Virus record (IMG/VR): IMGVR_UViG_3300044796_000135
Location: 1-62,730 of that record
Length of the DNA stretch: 62,730 bases
Source of the DNA: a virus
Lineage: Duplodnaviria > Caudoviricetes
Reading direction: 5' to 3' (one strand)
Positions 40,044-49,947 of this stretch are shown here, piece by piece; within the stretch, counting starts at the first letter, position 1; each line of letters starts with the position of its first letter. The notes under the pieces are model-generated. The model did not search any database. It was given only the letters and a program-made list of their open reading frames with translations, and was not told where the DNA came from. The position numbers and the translations under genes are program-made.

Positions 40044-40694
40044 ATGCCCGTCAATATGACATTCACATCTCTGCAAACCGACTTGCAGAATTATATCGAA
40101 CGCGGGCAAGCTGTATCAGATCCGACCGTCAACGCGCAGATTCCGTCGATCATCAATCTCACCGAACGGAAGATTGCCCGTGAGTTAAAAATTCAGGGGT
40201 TCCAGCGGTTCGCGATTTCTGCAATGCAGGCGAATCTATCCGTTTACCAGAAGCCGACAGGATGGCGTGAAAATATTTCCATGAGTATTGGAACCGGCGT
40301 TGGTTTCAACACGTGGGTTCCTATCTACACGCGGGATTTTGAATATGTCCGCGCCTATTGGCCGGATGCGACACAGGTTGCGCAGCCCAAGTACTACGCG
40401 GATATGGGCTATAGCGATTGGTGGTTTTCTCCAACACCGGATCAGGCTTATCCATTTCAGGCCGTCTACTGGGAATTGCCGCCACAACTCGATGCGGCGA
40501 ATGTCACCAACTGGCTCACGACATATGCTCCGAATGCTCTATTGCATGGATGCCTTGTCGAGCTTTACGGGTTCCTGAAGAACGCAACGGAACTTGCGGT
40601 ATGGCAGCCGATTTATGACCGGGACATGGCGGCTTTGTCGGGAGAGGATTTGCAGAAAATCCTTGATCGCACGCAGCAAAGGAAAACGTCGTGA
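40044..40694 (+). CDS. tail adaptor/tubular protein
   Basis: MTFTSL..DL..YIER...QIP.II.L.E.KI, P.YY, PTPD, NWL...AP..LL.G.L. Confidence 0.75.
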   Translation: MPVNMTFTSLQTDLQNYIERGQAVSDPTVNAQIPSIINLTERKIARELKIQGFQRFAISAMQANLSVYQKPTGWRENISMSIGTGVGFNTWVPIYTRDFEYVRAYWPDATQVAQPKYYADMGYSDWWFSPTPDQAYPFQAVYWELPPQLDAANVTNWLTTYAPNALLHGCLVELYGFLKNATELAVWQPIYDRDMAALSGEDLQKILDRTQQRKTS

Positions 40695-41836
40695 CCAGTT
40701 ATACAGACACCTTTAATGCTGGCACGATCAATCCGGGGTTTGTTGCGTACAAACTCTACAACATCGTTGCTAACACCGCGCTGTCATGGCCGGTTGACAC
40801 GAACATCGGCGCTAACATTGTCGCCGGGTTCAACGAGTGTCAGACCACGGCTGGCCTGTCCTTCACGATGCCGCCTGCGAACCAAGGCAGCATTGGTGTC
40901 GCGTGCATTTTCGACAATACGGGTGCCAATCAATTCACCGTTCTGAATAATGGTGGGGGTGTAATTCTCACTGTAGCGGCCGGTACGGCATGGGTACTTG
41001 TGCTTTCCGGCAATGGGACGATCAACGGCACGTGGCTGACATTCCAACTGGGCAGCGGAACATCTTCCGCCATTGCCGCATCACTAGCCGGTCTTGGCAT
41101 CAAGGCCATCACGACAACGCTGAACCAAGAATATCCGGTTACCAGCTACAACACGAACCAAGTCATTGTTGCAGGATCGCGTGCCGCCCTTGCGGTCTGG
41201 ACGGGCGGTGGCGGATCGTTCTCGTTAACGAGCGCAGCAACTCTAGGCGCAAACTGGTTCTTCAATATATCGAATCAAGGTACGGGCGCGCTGGTTATAA
41301 CCGATGCCGGGGGTGCGCTCTTAAACGGCGCGGTATCGCTGACCCTTAACCCTCAGGATAGCTGCATTCTTATCACGGACGGCGTGTCGTGGTATACGGT
41401 CGGCATCGGAAAGAACGCGACGTTCACGTTCAATTTCATCGCCATTAGTCTCACCGGTGCAGGACTCACTTACACGCTGACGGGTGGCCAGCTCAATCAG
41501 TACAGCTATCGCTTTACCGGGGTTCTTTCGCAGAATGTGATGGTGATCGTTCCGAACACCGTGCAGTTCTATTTTTTCGATAACGAAACCACAGGCGCGT
41601 TCACCCTTTCGTTTGGAACTGCAGGTCAAATATCCCCACCCGTTTTGACGCAAGGTGCGCGGGGTATTTACAACTGTGACAGCGTTAATTTGCTGCTGTC
41701 CGATACGATGGGGCTTTCAACTCCGATTCCGATCACAGGTGGCGGGACTGGCGCGATAACGGCAACGGGCGCGCAGGCTAACCTCGATGTTCCGAGCAAT
41801 CTTACCGCATTCTCTTATGCGATTATGTTTGGGTGA
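40691..41836 (+). CDS. tail structural protein
   Basis: Long beta-rich ORF in tail cluster. Confidence 0.7.
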   Translation: MTSYTDTFNAGTINPGFVAYKLYNIVANTALSWPVDTNIGANIVAGFNECQTTAGLSFTMPPANQGSIGVACIFDNTGANQFTVLNNGGGVILTVAAGTAWVLVLSGNGTINGTWLTFQLGSGTSSAIAASLAGLGIKAITTTLNQEYPVTSYNTNQVIVAGSRAALAVWTGGGGSFSLTSAATLGANWFFNISNQGTGALVITDAGGALLNGAVSLTLNPQDSCILITDGVSWYTVGIGKNATFTFNFIAISLTGAGLTYTLTGGQLNQYSYRFTGVLSQNVMVIVPNTVQFYFFDNETTGAFTLSFGTAGQISPPVLTQGARGIYNCDSVNLLLSDTMGLSTPIPITGGGTGAITATGAQANLDVPSNLTAFSYAIMFG

Positions 41837-41839
41837 TCG

Positions 41840-43084
41840 ATGGAAACGACACCTATCAGTCTTAACTCTCAGCCAGGCATACGTCGCGATGGAACGGCAC
41901 TTGGTGGCACTAATTACGTTGACGGTTTGTGGAGCCGTTTCCAACGCGGGATGCCGCGCAAGATCGGTGGCTATCGTCGGCTGACCAACAATCTCAGCGG
42001 CGTTTCGCGTGGTGTGTCTGTTTTAGATCAATCTTCCTATAGCTACATTGCGAGCGGTTGGTCGGGTGGATTGGACCAACTGCAGATCAATATCAACGCC
42101 GTCCCCAGCATTGTCAGCAATCGTACGCCAGTGGGATTTGTTGCAGATCCAAATAACTGCTGGCAGTTCGACAGTTTATTCGATGCGACAAGTGCGACCG
42201 TTGTCCTCGTGGCACATGCCGCACCGAACCTCACGGATATCGGCAATACAACGGCTCAAGCCGTGTGGGCTGGCGACTTTACGTCAACGGCACCGCTCAC
42301 CAGCACCGGCAGCATGGTGTCGGGCGGCGCGTGTGTCGTGCAACCATATCTAACGACGTTTGGAACAGCGGGCACTATCAACTGGTCTGTCCCGAATAAG
42401 CCCTACGATTTTGCCGGAAGTGGAAGCGGCACAGCGCGTATCAGTGGCCAGAAAATCGTGCGCGGGTTGCCAATCCGTGGCGGAGCCGGAAACGCTCCCG
42501 CTGCGATATACTGGTCCTTGGATATGCTTCTCCGCATGTCGTTCATTGGTGGCACGGCGTTCTTCCAGTTCGACACCCTCAGCAGCCAGTCCACCATTCT
42601 CTCGCCTATGAGTGCGCTGGAATATGACGGTATTTATTACTGGGCAGGCGCGGACCGATTCCTGATGTTCAATGGCGTGATGCAGGAAGTGCCGAACAAC
42701 ATGAACATCAACTGGTTCTTCGACAACCTCAACAACAACGCGGCGCAGAAGGTATTCGCCTTCAAGAACACGCGTTGGGGTGAAATCTGGTGGTGCTTCC
42801 CGTTCGGGAACGCGACCGAATGCACGAATGCCCTGATCTACAACGTGCGTGAAAACTCATGGTATGACACCTTATTGCCGAGCAATTTCCGCACGGCAGC
42901 ACACGAATCAACGACATTCCGCTCTCCGATCATGACCAGCGCGGACGTAGACGTTATCACCAAGAGTTATAAGCTTTGGCAGCACGAATACGGCGTGGAT
43001 GCTATAGACGGCAACAGCGTAACCGCGATCAATTCCTATTTTGAAACCGCCGTCATTTCAGCCCCTGGCGGGAGTCTTGGCTGA
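41840..43084 (+). CDS. tail nozzle/tubular protein B-like (N-terminal part)
   Basis: PGIRRDGT, RFQRGMPRKIGGY, EIWWCFP, YNVRENSWYD. Confidence 0.75.
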   Translation: METTPISLNSQPGIRRDGTALGGTNYVDGLWSRFQRGMPRKIGGYRRLTNNLSGVSRGVSVLDQSSYSYIASGWSGGLDQLQININAVPSIVSNRTPVGFVADPNNCWQFDSLFDATSATVVLVAHAAPNLTDIGNTTAQAVWAGDFTSTAPLTSTGSMVSGGACVVQPYLTTFGTAGTINWSVPNKPYDFAGSGSGTARISGQKIVRGLPIRGGAGNAPAAIYWSLDMLLRMSFIGGTAFFQFDTLSSQSTILSPMSALEYDGIYYWAGADRFLMFNGVMQEVPNNMNINWFFDNLNNNAAQKVFAFKNTRWGEIWWCFPFGNATECTNALIYNVRENSWYDTLLPSNFRTAAHESTTFRSPIMTSADVDVITKSYKLWQHEYGVDAIDGNSVTAINSYFETAVISAPGGSLG

Positions 43085-43407
43085 TGCCTATCAACAAAAG
43101 CCTCTATCTGGATTCGGTTGAGCCTGATTTCATTCAGACCGGTGCTATGTACGTGCAGATGTGGGGCCGCATCAATGCCGCCGCGCCGGACACTGGCGGT
43201 GCCGTGCAGTCTTTTCCAGCGCCGGGAAATACGGCTGGCGCTCCGAGTTCACAAACCGGCGCGCCTCAAGCGCAGCAGGTTGTCTATTTCCGGGAAGGTC
43301 GGCGTGAAATGCGCATCCGGTTTGGCAGCAACGTCCAGGGCGGCAACTACCAGTGCGGCCAACTCATCGGCATCATCGGCATCGGTGACGGGAGAATGCG
43401 GACATGA
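43084..43407 (+). CDS. C-terminal part of nozzle-like protein
   Basis: VEPDFIQTG, REMRIRF.SNV.GGNYQ.G; TGATG overlap. Confidence 0.65.
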   Translation: MPINKSLYLDSVEPDFIQTGAMYVQMWGRINAAAPDTGGAVQSFPAPGNTAGAPSSQTGAPQAQQVVYFREGRREMRIRFGSNVQGGNYQCGQLIGIIGIGDGRMRT

Positions 43408-43643
43408 TTATTCCCGGCCCGCGCGGTTTTACGCTCAAACAATGGGCGGATCAGATTTGCCTGACGATGGATAAATTCGGACCCATGCCGGTCCTGGCCA
43501 GCGATCTCTGGAAACCATGGGCTGCAGTCATTGTTGGCTTACCCACAATTACGGGTGTAGTATGCCCAAATCCTTACCAATTCGATGACTGGCGTGCATG
43601 GGGTGAACAGTTCTGCGGCATTTTGGCCGGGAGTTCACTATGA
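43404..43643 (+). CDS. small Trp-rich conserved protein
   Basis: PRG.TL.QWAD ... PNPYQFDDWR.W. Confidence 0.7.
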   Translation: MIIPGPRGFTLKQWADQICLTMDKFGPMPVLASDLWKPWAAVIVGLPTITGVVCPNPYQFDDWRAWGEQFCGILAGSSL

Positions 43644-45328
43644 GCGGTATCGCCGACGCTGTTACGCAAGTCCAGGGCCTTGGCCGTGGGACCGATACTA
43701 TGCTCGCGCACGTCTCCCCGGACGAAGCGCATCTGATGGATTATCTACAGGGTGGCACGCGGGTTAATCCGCATACCGGACTGCCGGAATATGGGCTATT
43801 CGGGAACATCCTGAAGGCTGTGGCGCGTGCAGCGGCGGCCATAGCCGGATTTACTTACGGCGGTCCGCTTGGTGCCGCTGCCGCCTCTGCTGCTGCGACA
43901 AAATTAACCGGGGGCAGTTGGAATGATGCACTAAAAGCCGCAGCTTTATCTGGTGCGGGCAGCGAATTGGGCCAGGGCATAAGTGGTGCAGGATGGAATG
44001 TTGCTGGATATAGCAATGGCTTAAACAGTGCGGCATCGTCCCTTGATGCCGCTGGGAGTATAGGCCCAGATACTGGGAGCGCCGTTGCTACAGGCGGAAC
44101 AACCTCAGGAACCACAGGCGGTGCGGCTGGTATCCCGAGCGTGACGGCATCTGTACCTGATACCAGCGAGGCACTGAGCACGCCTCTTGGTGGCACGCCG
44201 GCGGCCACGGCAGGCAGTGTTGCCGCCCCGACCGGGTTATCCAGTGTACTTTCCCACATCGGCGGTTATGGCGGCCTTGGTGCGGGCATGGGCTCACTTG
44301 CGGTTCCACTCCCGATTCCTGGCGCTGCCCCCGCTCCGCAACAGTCACAATTCAGCCTGCCGCCCGTGACCCCGAACGCGGAAAGCTACATTCCGTATAC
44401 CGGCAATCCACTCACCTATGGCGAGACGGGCGGACAGCATACGTTCCTGAGCAATGTGAACCCACTGACGCCGCCGCCGAACTACATGGCTGCTGGCGGC
44501 CAGCCTCAGGGTCTTGGTGCGATGGCATCCAGCACACTGCCGCCGATGCAGATACCGTTCGATATTCAGGGTTTTGCAAGTGGTGGCGCATCAACGCCTG
44601 CAACGACAACCCCGGACAACACATCCACGGCTGACGACACACTGAACCTGCCGCTCGTGACGCCGTTCGTGCGGAAGTACATCCCGTACACGGGCGACCC
44701 GCTCCACTATGCAGAGACGGGCGGTGTTCATCAGTTTCTGGACAACGTGAACCCATTGACTGCGGCGATCCCTGCAGGGGTTGCGGCTACGACCGCTGCG
44801 CAAGGTGCGGCAGGAACTGGAAACGGCGTGTATATTCCGGGCGTTGGAATGGTCAATATTCCTACCAGCGCCTTGAACGGAACCTCTACGACGAAAGCCG
44901 CGCCGTCAGCACCTGCGCCCGTGGGTAACTATGCGGATTACCTGACGCATGGTGCTGGGTGGACGCCTAACGCAGCCACGCCTGCCGCAACCCCCGCCGC
45001 TGCGCCACAACAGCAGACGCCATCTACGCCCGCTGGCCTTGCGCAGTTGTCGCCACAGTATGCCGCTCTGTTGAAGGGCTTTAATGCGATGGCCAAGGGC
45101 GGCGCACCGCATGAAGGACAGGTGAGTGGGCCGGGTGGGCCGCGCGAAGATTTGGTCCCAGCTCAACTCTCGAATGGTGAGCACGTGGCGACCGCAGCAG
45201 AAATTAATCGTCTAGGTGGTGGCAACAACGAGCGCGGTCAAAAGCGCATGTATAAACTTCGCCGTATCATCAAGAAAAATCCGCAGAAGATTATCAAGGC
45301 CATCAACAAGACGGCGGCGCACGCATGA
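43640..45328 (+). CDS. internal virion/ejection protein
   Basis: N-terminal GRGTDTMLAHVSP.E...NPHTGLPEY; C-terminal GPGG...D.VPA.LSNGE.V; internal 39-aa duplication. Confidence 0.7.
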   Translation: MSGIADAVTQVQGLGRGTDTMLAHVSPDEAHLMDYLQGGTRVNPHTGLPEYGLFGNILKAVARAAAAIAGFTYGGPLGAAAASAAATKLTGGSWNDALKAAALSGAGSELGQGISGAGWNVAGYSNGLNSAASSLDAAGSIGPDTGSAVATGGTTSGTTGGAAGIPSVTASVPDTSEALSTPLGGTPAATAGSVAAPTGLSSVLSHIGGYGGLGAGMGSLAVPLPIPGAAPAPQQSQFSLPPVTPNAESYIPYTGNPLTYGETGGQHTFLSNVNPLTPPPNYMAAGGQPQGLGAMASSTLPPMQIPFDIQGFASGGASTPATTTPDNTSTADDTLNLPLVTPFVRKYIPYTGDPLHYAETGGVHQFLDNVNPLTAAIPAGVAATTAAQGAAGTGNGVYIPGVGMVNIPTSALNGTSTTKAAPSAPAPVGNYADYLTHGAGWTPNAATPAATPAAAPQQQTPSTPAGLAQLSPQYAALLKGFNAMAKGGAPHEGQVSGPGGPREDLVPAQLSNGEHVATAAEINRLGGGNNERGQKRMYKLRRIIKKNPQKIIKAINKTAAHA

Positions 45329-45789
45329 ATGCCATCGCCCAACATCTTTTTGCGAGCCCAGCCGCGTCACCAAAACGCTTCGCAATGTGGTGGCTGAAGA
45401 ATCGCCCGATCATGCCGCCGCAGGATGGGTTAAGACATGTCGGGAATTTCGCAGGGCTTGTGCTTTATCGCGAAGGTCAGTTTCAGGTTCAGCTTTTCAT
45501 TGCCAAGCCCGAAACCACCGTCCCACATCACATGCACCGCAACGTGGAATCTTATGAACTACAAATTTGTGGAGACATTGCGTTCTGCACCACGAACCAG
45601 GAATATTCGCATGGGATGCTGCACATAGATTCCTGCGAAGACCACGCGGCTTTTGGTACAGGAAAATCAGGCGTTGCGTTCTATTCGTTTCAGAAGTGGC
45701 TAAATGGCATCGCTCCTTCCAGCGTTGATCTCGATTGGATTGGCGACCCCATGACATCTGAGCATGTTTCGGAGATCAGAACGTCGTGA
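45325..45789 (+). CDS. cupin-fold protein
   Basis: FQVQLF...P...VPHHMH.NVES.E ... H; paralogue of 46199-46621. Confidence 0.65.
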   Translation: MNAIAQHLFASPAASPKRFAMWWLKNRPIMPPQDGLRHVGNFAGLVLYREGQFQVQLFIAKPETTVPHHMHRNVESYELQICGDIAFCTTNQEYSHGMLHIDSCEDHAAFGTGKSGVAFYSFQKWLNGIAPSSVDLDWIGDPMTSEHVSEIRTS

Positions 45790-46196
45790 ATATGATTTCT
45801 GCAACAGACGCATTGATGCAGCCAGTTCAGTTCACGATTGAACGATGGATCAGCGTCCGTGAGGCGCTGTTGCCGTCGATTGAGCGACTTGGCGGTACCT
45901 ATACCGAAACCGATGTTGTTGCAGCCTTGATGGCTGGGCAGATGGGTTTGTGGATTTACCGAGGCAGTGCGCTTGTGACTAATCTCAATATTTACCCACG
46001 ATTGAAGGAACTAAATATTTTCATCGCCGGTGGCCATATGGAAGACGTCATGGCTTTCGTGCCAAGTCTCGAGGCTCATGCGAGAGAAATTGGGTGCCAG
46101 AGATTTAAGCAAGACGGTCGGTGGGGGTGGCGCAAGTGGGAAAAAGACTATCCGGGATTTAGGTTTCATAACGTTTCGCTCGTGAAGGATTTGTAG
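45786..46196 (+). CDS. GNAT-like acetyltransferase-fold protein
   Basis: YP..K.L.IFIAGG...LEAHAREIGC.....GR.GW. Confidence 0.65.
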   Translation: MNMISATDALMQPVQFTIERWISVREALLPSIERLGGTYTETDVVAALMAGQMGLWIYRGSALVTNLNIYPRLKELNIFIAGGHMEDVMAFVPSLEAHAREIGCQRFKQDGRWGWRKWEKDYPGFRFHNVSLVKDL

Positions 46197-46198
46197 GG

Positions 46199-46621
46199 TT
46201 GGTTTCAAGCGCTGCGACCGTCAAGGAATTTGCCGATTGGTGGATGGACCAAAAACCATTTGATCCACCACGGCAACCTATGTGTTTTTTGCCAAACATT
46301 GCAGGCGTTACGCTCTACTCAAAATCGCCGTTTCAGGTTCAGTTATTTATCTCTGCGCCCGGATTGAATATACCTTCGCACGCACATCCGAATGTCGATG
46401 TGTTGAATGTTACAATCTCTATTCCGAAAGCATTTAGGCAGAAATCAGAAGTAAGTGTTCCGCCAGGGACGGTTCACGAATTGCATACCATGAAGCGCGG
46501 CGGATCATACCTATCTTTTCAAAAGTGGCTGAATGACGTGCCCATAAAAAGTCTCAATCTCGATTGGATTGGCGAGCCGATGGACGAAAACCACGCAGTT
46601 GAACTTGCAGGAGCAAGATAG
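46199..46621 (+). CDS. cupin-fold protein (paralogue)
   Basis: FQVQLF...IPSHAHPNVD ... GTVH ... SFQKWLN ... DWIGEPM. Confidence 0.65.
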   Translation: MVSSAATVKEFADWWMDQKPFDPPRQPMCFLPNIAGVTLYSKSPFQVQLFISAPGLNIPSHAHPNVDVLNVTISIPKAFRQKSEVSVPPGTVHELHTMKRGGSYLSFQKWLNDVPIKSLNLDWIGEPMDENHAVELAGAR

Positions 46622-46623
46622 CT

Positions 46624-48108
46624 ATGGGCAGCGGCGACACAAACACCCCAGCAACACAAACCGTTGTCCAACAACAGGACCTGCCGCAGTGGTATCAGCA
46701 GTACCTGCAGCAGCTCATTCCAGCTGCGCAATCGGCTGCGGCAACGCCGTATCAGGCATACGGTGGGCAGCGCATTGCTCCGTTGACGCAGGACCAGCAA
46801 CAGGCGCAGGCGCAGATACAGAACCTGCAAGGCGACCAGACCGCCAACTTGACGAGCGCTTACGGCACCGCCGCCGCTGCCGCCGATCCAAGCATCGCTG
46901 GGTCCGGAATCGCTGCCGCGTCTCCCTACTTTGGCAGCGCAACGGATCAATTCGGGAACGCCGCGAACACAAACGTTGTCGGCGCCGGTGCGGGGCTTGT
47001 TGGACAGGGGGCGCGGACTATCGGTCAGGGTGCGGGTACAATCGACCAAGGTATTCAGCAGGCCGATCAGGGTGGCGGCTTAGCTGCAGCGGCTCCATTT
47101 CTTGGCGCGGCCTCACAGTCGCTGCCGCAAGCCACACAGGCCAACGTCAGTCCGTACCTTAACGGCGCGCTACAGTCGCTCGCCAATCAGTCGAACCTGC
47201 AACTGCAACAGCAAATCCTGCCAGCGGTGCAGGGCCAGTTCATCTCGGCGGGTCAGTTCGGTTCCACACGTCAAGGCGATGTGACGGATCAGGCCATCAA
47301 CAACCAAGAACAGACGCTGCAAAACTCTCAGGCCAGCTTGCTCAATCAGGGCTACCAGAACGCCGGCCAGTTGGCGGAGTCGAACCTTGGGCTTCAGGGC
47401 CAGTTGGGTGCGACAGCCGGTGGCCTGGAAAACACGAATATCGGTCAGTTGACCTCAGCGGGTCAGGGGCTTGGTTCACTTGGTCAGGGCTATGGGTCGC
47501 TTGGCCAAGGGCTGTCTGCCGCAGCCGCACAGCAGGGCCAGTTGCAACTTGGTGCGGGGCAGGGCTTGGCTGGTGTCGGCTCATCGGCTGGGCAACTTGG
47601 GTTGTCCGGTGCCCAAGCGCAGTCCGCAGCCGATATTGCATCTGCACAGGCCCAGGCTGGGATATCACAACAGGCTCAGAATATGGGTATCCAAGATTCA
47701 GCGGCATTGCAGGCCGTCGGCCAGCAGCAACAGCAGCAGGGCCAGTCCAACCTGGATACGGCCTATCAGGACTTCCAGAATCAGGTCAATTACCCATGGA
47801 CCCAGATCGGAAACCTGTCGAACGTCATCCACGGGCTCCCGGTCAATACGACCCAGAATACGACCAGCACGGCGCCCGCCACGACAAGCCAACTGGCCCC
47901 GTCACCATTGGGACAGTTGGCAGGCGCGGGCACTGCAATCGCCGGGCTGTCCAATTCCGGGGTGTTCGCAGCCAAGGGCGGCGCGATCACGAAACGCCGC
48001 GTTGTCAAAAAAGCGAAGGGTGGCCGCATATCCGACAAGCCGGGCCGCAACGCCAGCTATGGCCACATTGAACGTGCCGGATTGGGCTTTGCCATGGGGT
48101 TGAGGTAA
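46624..48108 (+). CDS. ejection/DNA-transfer (pilot) protein
   Basis: Gln/Gly/Ala-rich; YQAYGGQRIA, QQQQ.Q..LD.AYQDF. Confidence 0.75.
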   Translation: MGSGDTNTPATQTVVQQQDLPQWYQQYLQQLIPAAQSAAATPYQAYGGQRIAPLTQDQQQAQAQIQNLQGDQTANLTSAYGTAAAAADPSIAGSGIAAASPYFGSATDQFGNAANTNVVGAGAGLVGQGARTIGQGAGTIDQGIQQADQGGGLAAAAPFLGAASQSLPQATQANVSPYLNGALQSLANQSNLQLQQQILPAVQGQFISAGQFGSTRQGDVTDQAINNQEQTLQNSQASLLNQGYQNAGQLAESNLGLQGQLGATAGGLENTNIGQLTSAGQGLGSLGQGYGSLGQGLSAAAAQQGQLQLGAGQGLAGVGSSAGQLGLSGAQAQSAADIASAQAQAGISQQAQNMGIQDSAALQAVGQQQQQQGQSNLDTAYQDFQNQVNYPWTQIGNLSNVIHGLPVNTTQNTTSTAPATTSQLAPSPLGQLAGAGTAIAGLSNSGVFAAKGGAITKRRVVKKAKGGRISDKPGRNASYGHIERAGLGFAMGLR

Positions 48109-49947
48109 ATGGTCGCTCCGGTAACACTTGCTGGGCTCGGCGGTGGCGACTCATCGCAGATTCTGGCCGCCCTGTCGTCCAACGCGCCGGCTACGCTGAA
48201 GGCTGCCGCCATGCGCGCCGCAGGGCCACAGACCCCCTCCATGGGCCAGCAACAGGCACCCCAGCCGACACCGACGATTGCCCCACGCCCGGTTAACGCC
48301 AGCGGTGGGCCGAACGATGCTTTCCGGATCGGGTCGGATTCGGCCAAGCAGTCCGTGGCCGACGAAACCGACGATGATGACCAGCCACCCGCGCCGGCTG
48401 GCCTCGGCAGCTTTGCTGGGTTCAGCCCTGTGCTGTTGGCAGCCACCAAGAAGCAGATGCAGGCCATGGGGGGCGCTGGGGGCGGCGACAATGCTCAGGA
48501 CAAGGCGCTGGCTATCGCACAGGCCGGGTTTGGTATGATGGGCTCTGGCAGCCCCTATGCAGGCGAAGCGGTCGGCAAGGGAGGGATGGCTGGCATAGAG
48601 GCGCTACTGGCCATGCGGAAACAGCGTGCGCTCATGGGGCTGCAGCAGGCCGAAGCCTCGCGGAACCAGATCGCGGCCATTGCGCCGTTCGTGCCGTACA
48701 TGACCAAGGACCAGATCAACAGCACGATGGGCGGCCTGGGCATGGGCAGCCAAGGTGCGCCTGGTGGGCAACCACCTGGTGGTCAGACTGCGCCGGGTGG
48801 TGGGGCAACCGCAGCGCCCATGGGTGGTGGCAGTATGCCTCCGAGCGGCGGCGGTACAGGCGCGCCCGCTGGTGGTGGCGTATCATCCTCGGTCATTCCG
48901 CCGACTGCGATCAATCAGGCCATGGCGGACCTAAACCAATACCCGGCTGGGTCGCCGCGATTCAATGCGGCCATGGATGTTTTGAAAACCGCCGCTCAGT
49001 ACGACCCGTCACTGCAGGCGCGGCTTGAGGGCGCTAAAACCGGAGCGTCTGAGGGCGTAAGGTCTCACTACACGATGGTGGACGCCTTCGATCCGGCTAC
49101 GAACACTACGAAAAAGGTACCGCTTAGTTCCATTGTAGGCGGCGGTGGCGGTGGTGGATTTGGCGCGGCGACGGGGACGCAATCTGGTGGTGGTGGTGGG
49201 TCAACAACCACCCAGCCTAGCGGTGGTGTCGGCGTTCAAACTGAGCCTACGCCCGTTCAAAAAACCCAGGCCGCAATTGCTGCAAAATATGCCGAGACGG
49301 TTCCCAACGCGAATGTTGGCATGGCTCAACAGGAACAGCGGCTCGGCATTCTTGAGGATACGCTCGGAAAGTTGCAGACCGGCGCGTGGGCCGAGGATAA
49401 GGGCGACGTGATTGCCGGACTGCGGTCTATCGGCCTCGATGTCCCAAATATGGATACGGCCAATCCCGCCGCTGTTCAAATCATGGTCAAAAACTCCCTC
49501 AAGGATGTGTTCGACCAGATCAAGGCCATCGGTGGACGGCCACTCGTCACGGAAATCACCGGATTGAGCAAAGCTACGCAGAACCCAGATTTGCAGCCCG
49601 AAGCAAACAAGGAAATCATTGCTCAGGCGCATGGGCTTATTGATTGGCAGAAGCAGTATAACAACGACTTCTCGAATCAGTATGCAGCGGGTCCTATGGA
49701 TCTAGCCAAGTTCTCCCAGCAATGGACCGCCGACCATCCCCTTTCCGGGTATGTCCAGAACCGGCTGAAATCATTCGGCGTCAAAGGCGTTGATTTCCCG
49801 GATGTGCCGATTGGTGGCGTTGGTGTTGCGGACAAAGATCAGTTCGACAGGAAAGGCAACGTTGTCCTGCGTGCGGGCGACAAATACATGAAGGATTCGG
49901 CTAAGCATTTCATCCCGCTCAATAGCTATCTGACCGGTTCGCAGTAA
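48109..49947 (+). CDS. internal virion/ejection protein
   Basis: Size, composition, position. Confidence 0.65.
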   Translation: MVAPVTLAGLGGGDSSQILAALSSNAPATLKAAAMRAAGPQTPSMGQQQAPQPTPTIAPRPVNASGGPNDAFRIGSDSAKQSVADETDDDDQPPAPAGLGSFAGFSPVLLAATKKQMQAMGGAGGGDNAQDKALAIAQAGFGMMGSGSPYAGEAVGKGGMAGIEALLAMRKQRALMGLQQAEASRNQIAAIAPFVPYMTKDQINSTMGGLGMGSQGAPGGQPPGGQTAPGGGATAAPMGGGSMPPSGGGTGAPAGGGVSSSVIPPTAINQAMADLNQYPAGSPRFNAAMDVLKTAAQYDPSLQARLEGAKTGASEGVRSHYTMVDAFDPATNTTKKVPLSSIVGGGGGGGFGAATGTQSGGGGGSTTTQPSGGVGVQTEPTPVQKTQAAIAAKYAETVPNANVGMAQQEQRLGILEDTLGKLQTGAWAEDKGDVIAGLRSIGLDVPNMDTANPAAVQIMVKNSLKDVFDQIKAIGGRPLVTEITGLSKATQNPDLQPEANKEIIAQAHGLIDWQKQYNNDFSNQYAAGPMDLAKFSQQWTADHPLSGYVQNRLKSFGVKGVDFPDVPIGGVGVADKDQFDRKGNVVLRAGDKYMKDSAKHFIPLNSYLTGSQ

